Positions 18,015 through 26,355 of a DNA stretch of 64,000 nucleotides are shown here, one piece after another. The DNA is taken from positions 17,971 to 81,970 of IMG/VR virus record IMGVR_UViG_3300045135_000898. One strand, given 5' to 3'. The stretch comes from a virus. Made by a program: the position numbers and the translations under genes. Every line of letters starts with the position of its first letter. The first letter of the stretch is position 1. The notes under the pieces are model-generated. The model was not told where the DNA came from, searched no databases, and was given only the letters and a program-made list of their open reading frames with translations.

Positions 18015-19219
18015 AAGAAGGCTTCGAGAGTATTCGTAGCAAGATTGCCAACATCAATCGATTGGCGGTGATTGTTCTGTTTAACGAAGTCAGTTTCAGT
18101 CATTGGTAGTTCACCGCGGACAAACTTAATTGCTTCTTCAACCATAGATGCAGCAGTGCATACAGGAACGTTCTGAGCAATCATATTCATTTTAGCCAAA
18201 CCCCCTTGAAGCTCAAAATCATGCGGGAATGCCATCATATGTAATGCTTCACGGATATTCAAAGAACGATCTTCTTCAGGGTGTACTGTGTCAGCGAGGT
18301 TACGACCAATAACAGCATTCATAGCATCGTCAAAAATATGCGTTGAGCTATCCCAAATTCCCATACCTTTACTGAACTTCATAATAGCATGGTCAGCAAG
18401 CTGTACACCTTTCGTATCACCGGTTTCAGCAAACCAATCTCGAGCTTCATTAAGCAAACCGGCGCGCTGAATAAACGAAAATGCAGTATTACGACCTGCA
18501 CCAATTACAACTTCACGAGCATCTTTACCAAACTTGTGTTCAATAAACTTGAAGTATGATTCACGAGTACCTACACGATCGTTGATAACAAGGTCTTGTT
18601 GAATTGCATTTTTAGGAATTTCACGAAGGTATTCTTTAAAGTTTTTGCGAGGTTCTTTATACCAATGCATAATTGGTGCTTTGCCGCCTTTCCAAAAAAT
18701 ATAGAAAGTACGATCACGATTTTGAGGTACACCATGAAGAGAAGTAGTTGTCTTGTACAGTGTCATGGCATAGCCGTTTTCACGAGCAATTTCAAGAAGC
18801 TTATCAGCAACAGGTTTACCTTTGTTCGTATAAAGCGCAGGGGCATTCTCTCCAATGATTACGTCAGCTTTAAACTTTTGCATACCATCGGTAGCCGATT
18901 GATACATCCATTTGTTTACTTCGGCATCAGCGCCTTTTGCTTCTTTACTCTTACCAGTATTAAGCTGAGATAGGCCTGCACAAGGCGGGGTTGCAACGAG
19001 AATGTTAACCTTTGGTAGACTTGGAGTTTCATCTATAGTAACATACTGTAGACCACTTCGTCCAAGGGTTTCCTTTTGATAGTTAACGTATTGCCCATCG
19101 TTTCCGGCAAAACCGTCGTAAGAATAAATGTTAGTAGGTGGTACGCCTGTGGCCTTTTCAGCGCCTAGAGGTAAACCGCCAATAAGTGGAATTAGCGGTG
19201 CCCATGTAATATCGTTCAT
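18011..19219 (-). CDS. DNA cytosine-C5 methyltransferase homolog with degenerate motif I
   Basis: PPCAGLS (IV), GENAP (VI), VPQNRDRTF (VIII), RSLNIREA (IX), AQNVPV (X); motif I reads IPLIGG. Confidence 0.85.
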   Translation of the reverse strand: MNDITWAPLIPLIGGLPLGAEKATGVPPTNIYSYDGFAGNDGQYVNYQKETLGRSGLQYVTIDETPSLPKVNILVATPPCAGLSQLNTGKSKEAKGADAEVNKWMYQSATDGMQKFKADVIIGENAPALYTNKGKPVADKLLEIARENGYAMTLYKTTTSLHGVPQNRDRTFYIFWKGGKAPIMHWYKEPRKNFKEYLREIPKNAIQQDLVINDRVGTRESYFKFIEHKFGKDAREVVIGAGRNTAFSFIQRAGLLNEARDWFAETGDTKGVQLADHAIMKFSKGMGIWDSSTHIFDDAMNAVIGRNLADTVHPEEDRSLNIREALHMMAFPHDFELQGGLAKMNMIAQNVPVCTAASMVEEAIKFVRGELPMTETDFVKQNNHRQSIDVGNLATNTLEAFL

Positions 19220-19225
19220 AATTAA

Positions 19226-20470
19226 TTATCCAAAAAAGTCAGTCAAGTCAAAAGTTTCAATTACTTTCTTTTCAAAGTTAGCAAGGACAGGTGGTTCATA
19301 ACCTTCAATCAATTCCTGCATAACGACTTGGTTAAGTTGAGTTCCATCGTAGTATTCTGGCTTGCAGAACATATCCTGTAATTCCTGAATAGCTGAATTA
19401 TATATCTTATCATCTGACAGTGCAGCTACTGCTTTAGCAAGATCAGCTGGAGTTTCAGGTCGTAACCATTTAGGTACTTTTAGATTATCCTGCTCATCAT
19501 ATGTCGGATGGAAGAAAGGAATAACTCCAGCATGGATCATTTCCACGTATTTTGAAGTAGTCCAGCCTTTAGCAATTGGGATGATAAATGTTGCCCTAAC
19601 CGACTTAAGCTTTTCTTGCAAATCTTCAAGGGCCATAGAACCTTTAAAGCGATCATCTTCCAACGTGGCTTCGTGATCCCATTTTCCGTAGATTTCGACG
19701 TCGTCGTTTCCATCAAGTACCCACTCCTTTAGCATTTTGTATCGTGACGGTGTACCTTCATTTAACACAACCATAAAGTCGGTTAAACGAGTAAAAGCCG
19801 GACCTGGGTAAGGAGCTTCAGGTTTACCTCGACCGTACAAAAAGATTTTTTCCATTTCAGCATACTTCGCAGGCACTTCAGTTTCAACACGAGTTTGATC
19901 TGCATAGCTACGAGATGCCGTACGTTTGTAGTTATATGTATATTGCGAAAGGCTAATCTTAGGATCAACAAAACAGTCTTTGCTTTGCGCAAGAGTGTAG
20001 CGTGGATCATTGCAGATTTCAATGACATTCATTTCTGGATTTTCATTTAGCCATTTCGTAATAGGCGTAGTGTAGTTACGAGTCATGTCAATAATCGCAA
20101 CAGTCTTACTAGGATCTCGTTGACCCCAAATGCGATCAGGTATTGATACATTACCAACCTGACCCATCATCATAATAAAGTGGTCAGGCTGAAATCCAAG
20201 ATCATCAAAGTACTTAATTACTCGGTCTTGGTCAGCTGGACCTTTATGTCCTTCAAATGCATCTTTTACATTATCGTAAGGAAACAGATCAATTCGCTGT
20301 TCTTCGGTAAGACGGTTGAAGTCAGATCTACCAATGATATGAAAAGTAATATCTGGATTATTATTGGCAAGAATTCGTAACATCGAAGGTGCTTCATTGT
20401 CCCCTCCGACTGGACTAAACGCTGTTACGAATTTAATTGACTTGCCAAGTTTTGCAAATGCTATATTCAT
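19226..20470 (-). CDS. GT-B DNA glycosyltransferase (beta-glucosyltransferase-like)
   Basis: MNIAFAKLGKSIKF N-terminus, NDPR, C-terminal TTSKYVEMIHAGVIPF GT-B motif; next to sugar enzymes and dCMP hydroxymethylase. Confidence 0.75.
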   Translation of the reverse strand: MNIAFAKLGKSIKFVTAFSPVGGDNEAPSMLRILANNNPDITFHIIGRSDFNRLTEEQRIDLFPYDNVKDAFEGHKGPADQDRVIKYFDDLGFQPDHFIMMMGQVGNVSIPDRIWGQRDPSKTVAIIDMTRNYTTPITKWLNENPEMNVIEICNDPRYTLAQSKDCFVDPKISLSQYTYNYKRTASRSYADQTRVETEVPAKYAEMEKIFLYGRGKPEAPYPGPAFTRLTDFMVVLNEGTPSRYKMLKEWVLDGNDDVEIYGKWDHEATLEDDRFKGSMALEDLQEKLKSVRATFIIPIAKGWTTSKYVEMIHAGVIPFFHPTYDEQDNLKVPKWLRPETPADLAKAVAALSDDKIYNSAIQELQDMFCKPEYYDGTQLNQVVMQELIEGYEPPVLANFEKKVIETFDLTDFFG

Positions 20471-20820
20471 TTATCTGCCCATTCTATAAATTGTGAAAGG
20501 TTCATCGCCTTATCGTCAACATAATAAGTAGATGAGTACGGTTTACCGAAGATAAGATTATCATACGGTACGTTGTAAGTATTTAGCCAGTCTTCTGTAA
20601 CAACAAGTACGTCATCTAAGATTTTATTAAGGTCTCCATTATGAGTCAGCATACGACGAGCTGAACTGATCGTGATATGGAAACCTTCATTCTTAAGTTT
20701 ATGCATTCTTTCAATAATTGCAGTATTAGGTCTTGCCAACCCATACTTACGATACGTGGATTTTTCAGAATGATTTGGAAAACAAATTGTATCGTCAAGA
20801 TCAAACACTATACTCTTCAC
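20467..20820 (-). CDS. HAD-family phosphatase (capless)
   Basis: FDLDDTI, SSAR, FGKP, YVDDKA. Confidence 0.9.
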   Translation of the reverse strand: MKSIVFDLDDTICFPNHSEKSTYRKYGLARPNTAIIERMHKLKNEGFHITISSARRMLTHNGDLNKILDDVLVVTEDWLNTYNVPYDNLIFGKPYSSTYYVDDKAMNLSQFIEWADK

Positions 20821-22294
20821 TAAGGTACTCCTCTACATAATATTTAAAGCGTGACTGACGTTCAGGGTCGTCGTAATGAAGTGGTATGCAAGTAGCAATC
20901 AATAAACAACCTGCATCAATGATTTCTTTAACTGGTAAGTTGTACTCTTTAAGCTTACGCACAAAGATGTCTTTAACATACTCGTTATGTTTAACGTTTG
21001 CAACCATTGCGCCGTAGCCATGATACAAGTCATGTGCTAGTTTTGCAAAATCATAAATATGATCGCCTTCAGTACCAACATATGATCCGTACGCTCCTCG
21101 TGGGTCAATCAGTTTAATTTGATTCGTTTGTTGGTTATAAAGAATGTTACCGAAATGAAGATCGCCGTGCATACCTGTAATAGGACGAGTAATGCGATAA
21201 GCTGCTTCACTAATTTTCAACAGCTTTTGGCGATCATTCTCAGTAAACTTAACGTTACGTAAACGCTTAGTCGTTTTCGTTACCCACATGTCTTCAGCTA
21301 ATTGGTCAAACTCTCGGATGAATACTTCGTCATCACAAAGTTCATTGAAGTAATTGAGTTTGATTTTAAATACTTTATCTATGATGTATTCCCATGCCGA
21401 CTCGCTAAGGTTTTCATATAACATTAAGTCAGAAAGAAGCGTACCACTCTCGTACGACATTACAAGATCATGTTTGGTTTCAAGTACGCGAGGAACGAAC
21501 ATTGATTGTTCAGGAGTAAGCATACGGTACCACTTTTTCTCGGTACGAATAGTTTCAACTGAAGTGGCATTATGATAGTCAGGTGACTTACGAACAGTGC
21601 CAAGATCAGGATCATACATCATATCATTGAACGCACGACTCTTCAAATTCAGTAATTTTGCGCATGTTTCATAATATGTAGGTAAATCGCCGATATCATA
21701 CCACTTATTGGTCAGAACACGCTCGTATTTGCCGTAAACTTCAAGGGCATGTGAAATATCGTATTGTTCCACAGTATTAAAGGCGTTTTGGGCAGAAATC
21801 CCATTTTTAAATGAATATAGGCCGACTAAAGCAACCGCATCAGATATCTTATTGGTTGGCTTATTATAATACGCTTCGCCATCCCACATACACCAAGCTG
21901 ATTGATTATCTACCTCTTTACATAAAAGGAAGTCAGAACCAAATGGCATATCTTCTTCAAGAATGATTGCGTCGCCTAACCAAACAACGACAGGTTTAGA
22001 TGGATCCTCAAGAGCATTCATACCGCGAGCAATCGCATCGCGTGGGCCATCATAATTAGGTTGGTTCGCGAACTTGACATCAGGGTGACGTCTGCTGCAG
22101 TATTCACGGATATCGTTAAACTTACCATCAACGATTACAATCTCGGCGATATCAGCAGTCTTACGAGCTTGTTCAATAATATAGTCAAGACACGGCTTAC
22201 CGTTAACGCGAACCATAACTTTGGAAGTGTTACTAGAAAGCGGACGCAGCCTAGTGGCAGCACCCGCAGCTGGTATGATTAAATTTACAGACAT
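20801..22294 (-). CDS. sugar-phosphate nucleotidyltransferase fused to APH/choline-kinase-like kinase
   Basis: IIPAAGAATRLRP...SKVMV..NGKP, WLGD, WYDIG; C-terminal HGDLHFGNI, LIDPRG, YDFAKL. Confidence 0.9.
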   Translation of the reverse strand: MSVNLIIPAAGAATRLRPLSSNTSKVMVRVNGKPCLDYIIEQARKTADIAEIVIVDGKFNDIREYCSRRHPDVKFANQPNYDGPRDAIARGMNALEDPSKPVVVWLGDAIILEEDMPFGSDFLLCKEVDNQSAWCMWDGEAYYNKPTNKISDAVALVGLYSFKNGISAQNAFNTVEQYDISHALEVYGKYERVLTNKWYDIGDLPTYYETCAKLLNLKSRAFNDMMYDPDLGTVRKSPDYHNATSVETIRTEKKWYRMLTPEQSMFVPRVLETKHDLVMSYESGTLLSDLMLYENLSESAWEYIIDKVFKIKLNYFNELCDDEVFIREFDQLAEDMWVTKTTKRLRNVKFTENDRQKLLKISEAAYRITRPITGMHGDLHFGNILYNQQTNQIKLIDPRGAYGSYVGTEGDHIYDFAKLAHDLYHGYGAMVANVKHNEYVKDIFVRKLKEYNLPVKEIIDAGCLLIATCIPLHYDDPERQSRFKYYVEEYLSEEYSV

Positions 22295-22320
22295 AAGGCA
22301 TTACTCCAATTCATTTATCC

Positions 22321-22349
22321 ATTATACACTATGTATGCCTAAATGTAAA
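22321..22349 (-). promoter_or_regulatory. early promoter for the sugar/GT/MTase operon
   Basis: TTTACA-17-TATAAT. Confidence 0.85.
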
Positions 22350-22352
22350 TAG

Positions 22353-22814
22353 CTAAAAGTGATTTAATTCAACAACTTCAAAATCAATGCCAACTTCATT
22401 GAACATTGCTTTGGTATCCTCAAACGATACTTTCCACTTAACTCCCATTTTATCAAACGATAAAGGAAGCCCAATTACAACTCGCTTAGTTCCTACTTGG
22501 ATAAGTCCCTTTGCGCATTCAGAGCAAACAGGTAATCCATAAACGTAAACAGTCGAGCCGTCAAGACTTACGCCGTTATATGTAGCATTATAGATGACAT
22601 TCTTTTCAGCGTGTACGACATATGTGTATTTCTCTTCACGATTATTTAGCCTTTCAGAAGAATCATCAATACCACGAGGAAATCCGTTATAGCCTTGCGA
22701 AAGAATTCGTTTATTATCGTCTACAGCAATGGCGCCGATTTTAGCTGATGGGTCTTTTGACCACATCGCCACTTCTTTAGCCATTGCCATAAAGCGTTCA
22801 TCCCATTTATTCAT
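22353..22814 (-). CDS. cd: dCMP deaminase
   Basis: SKDPSAKIGA, GYNG, HAEKN, PVCSECAK. Confidence 0.92.
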   Translation of the reverse strand: MNKWDERFMAMAKEVAMWSKDPSAKIGAIAVDDNKRILSQGYNGFPRGIDDSSERLNNREEKYTYVVHAEKNVIYNATYNGVSLDGSTVYVYGLPVCSECAKGLIQVGTKRVVIGLPLSFDKMGVKWKVSFEDTKAMFNEVGIDFEVVELNHF

Positions 22815-23500
22815 TAGTCCCACAACGCCTCATAATATTTACCAAACAATCGGAAACCGTTACTGATGCGTTCTTGATATGCTTTACGACCTTCCATGTC
22901 AATTTCGAATGTATGGTTAGGTCCGTGTTTCATTTCAAAGTATTGAGCGTCTTCTTTAGCCACTTCATAACCGTCTTCATCGACAGGTGAAAAATAAACG
23001 TCATGTTCACCGCTACAGAATTGATCTTCCCAATCATCATTAAGTTTCGATTCAAAGGCAAAGATCATTTCGCCCATTACCCATTCCCAACGCTTAAAGA
23101 ATTTGTCATCAGTGGTACCATCTTTCTGGTATGCAGTCTCTTCAACCGATGTTGCCCATAGTTCTTCAGGCACATCTTCAGAGTCAACCTGTGGTGCTCC
23201 ATGTTTAGTCTCTTTAAGTTGCTTCAACATTGGCACCATAATATGTGCTAACGTATGGTCCATGCTCCAAGTATCCCACGGATCAAGTTTTACTTTAATC
23301 TTCTGCTCACGTTTATCCAAGAAGTAATTAATTGGACTATAAAGATTTTGTAAGATATCATCAAACTTATCAAGGAAGCGTTCAAACTTCGTCTGCTTGC
23401 TTTCGCTAGGCCAATGACTAAAGCCATACTTCTTAGTCATATAGTCAGCGTATATTGTTGCTCGTAAACGACTTGGATATGGGCCAATACGTACTTTCAT
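22814..23500 (-). CDS. conserved hypothetical protein
   Basis: WDTWSMDHTLA...GFRLFGKYYEALWD. Confidence 0.75.
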   Translation of the reverse strand: MKVRIGPYPSRLRATIYADYMTKKYGFSHWPSESKQTKFERFLDKFDDILQNLYSPINYFLDKREQKIKVKLDPWDTWSMDHTLAHIMVPMLKQLKETKHGAPQVDSEDVPEELWATSVEETAYQKDGTTDDKFFKRWEWVMGEMIFAFESKLNDDWEDQFCSGEHDVYFSPVDEDGYEVAKEDAQYFEMKHGPNHTFEIDMEGRKAYQERISNGFRLFGKYYEALWD

Positions 23501-23501
23501 A

Positions 23502-24191
23502 TTACTCTCCTAGAAGATGGAAGTGGCGACTATACACATGTAAATTCTGAACTTGCCAATGGATATCACCTGATGATAACAAAGGACCAAAAGTATCTTC
23601 TGCAAAGCTAGCATTGTAATTACTCACCATTAAGTCAAGTAAGTAGCGTTGCCAAGCGTAATCATTTTTGTAACCAAAGATTACATCGTTTGATCGCATC
23701 TGAACTACACAGTGCATTTTACCGTTGCGGATGTAGTATGTAACAGAGTTAGTACAAATGAAGTCAGATTTACCGTTTTCATTATACTCAGTCCAAATTG
23801 ATGGGCGAGTGTAAATCATCGAGGCGCGACGAGAATCAGGATTATTGATTAACTCATACAATGCTTTTTCAAACTGATTAAAGTACTTATTTGAAAACAC
23901 AAGAGTACCGTAGTTTGAATTAATGTTGCCATGATGATCGCCTGTCATTTTCCATGCAGCAGGAGGTTCTTTTTGTCCATGATAAATGTCGTTGATGTTA
24001 GTCGACATTGAGAGATACCAATCAATTTCAGAAGCAACGTACTCTTCATTCACTGTACCAAAGATGGATGGTTCGTCAGCTAGGAAAGATGCACCAAGCA
24101 TTTCGATAGTCTTACCACCGTTACGATCTTGTGTAAAACGCTCAGCCGCAAGTTCAGCTTTAAAATATTCGCGGATGTCTTGTACATTCAT
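23502..24191 (-). CDS. 42: dCMP hydroxymethylase (gp42-like)
   Basis: INSNYG, DFICTN, MRSNDVIFGYKNDYAW (Asp specificity residue as in T4 gp42), LHVYSRHF; ThyX encoded separately. Confidence 0.88.
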   Translation of the reverse strand: MNVQDIREYFKAELAAERFTQDRNGGKTIEMLGASFLADEPSIFGTVNEEYVASEIDWYLSMSTNINDIYHGQKEPPAAWKMTGDHHGNINSNYGTLVFSNKYFNQFEKALYELINNPDSRRASMIYTRPSIWTEYNENGKSDFICTNSVTYYIRNGKMHCVVQMRSNDVIFGYKNDYAWQRYLLDLMVSNYNASFAEDTFGPLLSSGDIHWQVQNLHVYSRHFHLLGE

Positions 24192-24195
24192 AATA

Positions 24196-24378
24196 TTACT
24201 CTTCCTCTTCAATTACAAGATTGCCTGGGATATGATATCCGCATGCTCGTAAGAATTCAGCATATGCTTCTAACATATGATCAAGATTTGCTTCATCAGC
24301 CAATTCCATTTTTACAGAATTCACTGCAGTATACGGAGAATGCATTTCTGGTCTTTTGTAAATTAGTTTAAATGGCAT
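24196..24378 (-). CDS. hypothetical protein
   Basis: ORF in operon, FLRACGY motif. Confidence 0.65.
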   Translation of the reverse strand: MPFKLIYKRPEMHSPYTAVNSVKMELADEANLDHMLEAYAEFLRACGYHIPGNLVIEEEE

Positions 24379-24689
24379 TACATATCTCCGTAAAAACGAT
24401 CGTCTTGTTCAGGGCCTTCGAGAGTCTGGATTTTAAGGATCATAAGCTGAGTGATGGCATGATCAAGATGAGGTAAGCCAGATTCTGGATCATTGTCTTC
24501 ACCAGCCCAGAATGCATTAAGATGACGCTGTGCCGATGAGTAAGTACGGCCAAATGAAGTATTGCCAACATCGTGGCGCCAATTGTTTTCACCGTACTTT
24601 TCAGCGCCAAATCCTAGAACGCGGGCTACTGCCATGATACATTCTGCAGGGATTAGGTGAATAGGCGCTTTGCCGTTATCATATTTCAT
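24378..24689 (-). CDS. dATP/dGTP diphosphohydrolase-family protein (DUF5664-like)
   Basis: KYDNGK..HLIP, FGAEKYG.NNW, RHL.AFW.GED.DPESGLPHLDHA. Confidence 0.85.
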   Translation of the reverse strand: MKYDNGKAPIHLIPAECIMAVARVLGFGAEKYGENNWRHDVGNTSFGRTYSSAQRHLNAFWAGEDNDPESGLPHLDHAITQLMILKIQTLEGPEQDDRFYGDM

Positions 24690-24877
24690 ACTTTTACCTT
24701 TTCAAATTTACGACGTGATTTATAAAATGCGAGTGGCTTTTTAAACTCAACAAGTTCGTTTGTACCTTCTTTTATATAGCCTGTAAGCTTGCCAGCTTGG
24801 TTAAGAAAGTAAATGTGCTCAGGGTAACGAAAACCATCAGCAGTACCAGTAATTTCTTTTAGACCTTCCATAAACAA
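24686..24877 (-). CDS. hypothetical early protein
   Basis: ORF with GAGGAG SD after early promoter. Confidence 0.7.
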   Translation of the reverse strand: MFMEGLKEITGTADGFRYPEHIYFLNQAGKLTGYIKEGTNELVEFKKPLAFYKSRRKFEKVKV

Positions 24878-24900
24878 AAACTCCTCGATTTGATATAGCT

Positions 24901-24929
24901 ATTATACCAAAACCGAGGACTACTGTAAA
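24901..24929 (-). promoter_or_regulatory. early promoter
   Basis: TTTACA-17-TATAAT. Confidence 0.85.
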
Positions 24930-24961
24930 TAGCTTTTTTAGAATAATTTGTTATAACCATA

Positions 24962-25888
24962 TTACTGATTTTTATATGCGTATTCTATCGCGCGGTCGGC
25001 TTCCAACTCAAGTGGTCGGTTTTCGTACCAATTACCAGTTTCCATATCTATTTCACGGGCAAGTTGAGCGATTTCTCGAGATGTAATTGGATAACCTGCA
25101 TCGATAGCTTTATAAGCAATTGATACCATCATCTTGTACATTCCGTGATACCAACCAGTGTCAGTGATATTACGATATGAATCAACGGCTACCTTAGATA
25201 CAAACGGGCAATCATGATATGACTTCCAAGAAAACTTTGTATTTTCCATTGAGTCTTTACGATGCTGCACAATCATTTGTTGCATAGAGTCAGGTAGTCG
25301 TTCAAAGAATGATTTGCCGCTTTTCTTTATCTCTATCGGATGCTTAGCAATAAGAGCATCAGGGTCAATATAAGACCCAGAATTGACGAAGATAAAATTG
25401 TTAGCACCATCATAATTCGCAGGCGTGTAGTACATTCGGCTAAGGTCTTTAGTTTGTCGATCTCCAACTGAGTCAAGCTCAGTGTTGAGAGCGTACCAAA
25501 ACTGTTTGATTCGATCCGCCTTAACAGCTCCTTTAAGTGGAAAGACGAGTCTAAACTTCGGATGATCGACAGTACTGCTAGCAGTGCTATAACAAACGTA
25601 ATACCAATCACCATACCTAGTACGTAATTCATTTTCTAGATCTCCTTCAAATACGTGTTCGTCTACGTCGACTGCAGCCCAACGACCCCACTCGGTAACA
25701 TTTCTGTTAGCACGAGTGGTACCGTCTTCGTAAACTGCTGGAGAGATGAGTTCAGCATCTTTCTTGTCTTTAATATCACGCTTAGACAATTTGAACAACA
25801 AGGCTTCAAATTCTTCCCAAGATTGGAAGGACATGTTCTTGTTAGTCTTGTTATCATAGATGCTTTTAAAGACAGTCAAAGAGTACAT
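24962..25888 (-). CDS. AEP-superfamily primase-polymerase-like protein
   Basis: AAVDVD (DxD), YSTASS..PKFRLVFP, D.QTKDLSRMYY.P; PriCT-like C-terminus. Confidence 0.75.
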   Translation of the reverse strand: MYSLTVFKSIYDNKTNKNMSFQSWEEFEALLFKLSKRDIKDKKDAELISPAVYEDGTTRANRNVTEWGRWAAVDVDEHVFEGDLENELRTRYGDWYYVCYSTASSTVDHPKFRLVFPLKGAVKADRIKQFWYALNTELDSVGDRQTKDLSRMYYTPANYDGANNFIFVNSGSYIDPDALIAKHPIEIKKSGKSFFERLPDSMQQMIVQHRKDSMENTKFSWKSYHDCPFVSKVAVDSYRNITDTGWYHGMYKMMVSIAYKAIDAGYPITSREIAQLAREIDMETGNWYENRPLELEADRAIEYAYKNQ

Positions 25889-26289
25889 TACAGGTCTCCG
25901 TGATTTCCTTCATGCGATGGCGCCTGCCATCCTTCAGGTTTAACAAGATCAGGCAGACCAAATGGATTTGGGCGACCTTCTTTAACACCAACGTTTTTAG
26001 ATAGGTTAGCATGTAGGACTTCATCCCATGCTTGATTTGCATCAACGCCAAATACGTTGAGCGTGCCAATTGCAAATACGCAAAGGTCAATCAAACCATC
26101 AACGATTTCTTCAGGGTCTCCTGCGTCAACCGCATCGTAAGTTTCGTATAGTTCTTCTTTACACATATCGATACGGAAACGAAGATACTTGGCCATCATT
26201 TCATGGTCATCTTTGTTTGCCTCAAACCAATCATGTACGCCAAACTTGACGTGCATATTGTCGATATCTTTTACCCAGTTATTAGACAT
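25888..26289 (-). CDS. MazG/HisE-like NTP pyrophosphohydrolase
   Basis: EELYE...EEIVDGLIDL, V.HANLSK, DLVKPEGW..P. Confidence 0.85.
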   Translation of the reverse strand: MSNNWVKDIDNMHVKFGVHDWFEANKDDHEMMAKYLRFRIDMCKEELYETYDAVDAGDPEEIVDGLIDLCVFAIGTLNVFGVDANQAWDEVLHANLSKNVGVKEGRPNPFGLPDLVKPEGWQAPSHEGNHGDL

Positions 26290-26318
26290 AATGTTCTCCT
26301 TTCATAATTTAGAATACT

Positions 26319-26348
26319 ATTATAACACACTTTTACTAGAAATGTAAA
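26319..26348 (-). promoter_or_regulatory. early promoter
   Basis: TTTACA-18-TATAAT. Confidence 0.75.
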
Positions 26349-26355
26349 CATGTTT

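Noticed and set aside
23502-24191. ThyA thymidylate synthase call
   Set aside because: Asp at the specificity position and close match to T4 gp42 motifs; ThyX is present separately
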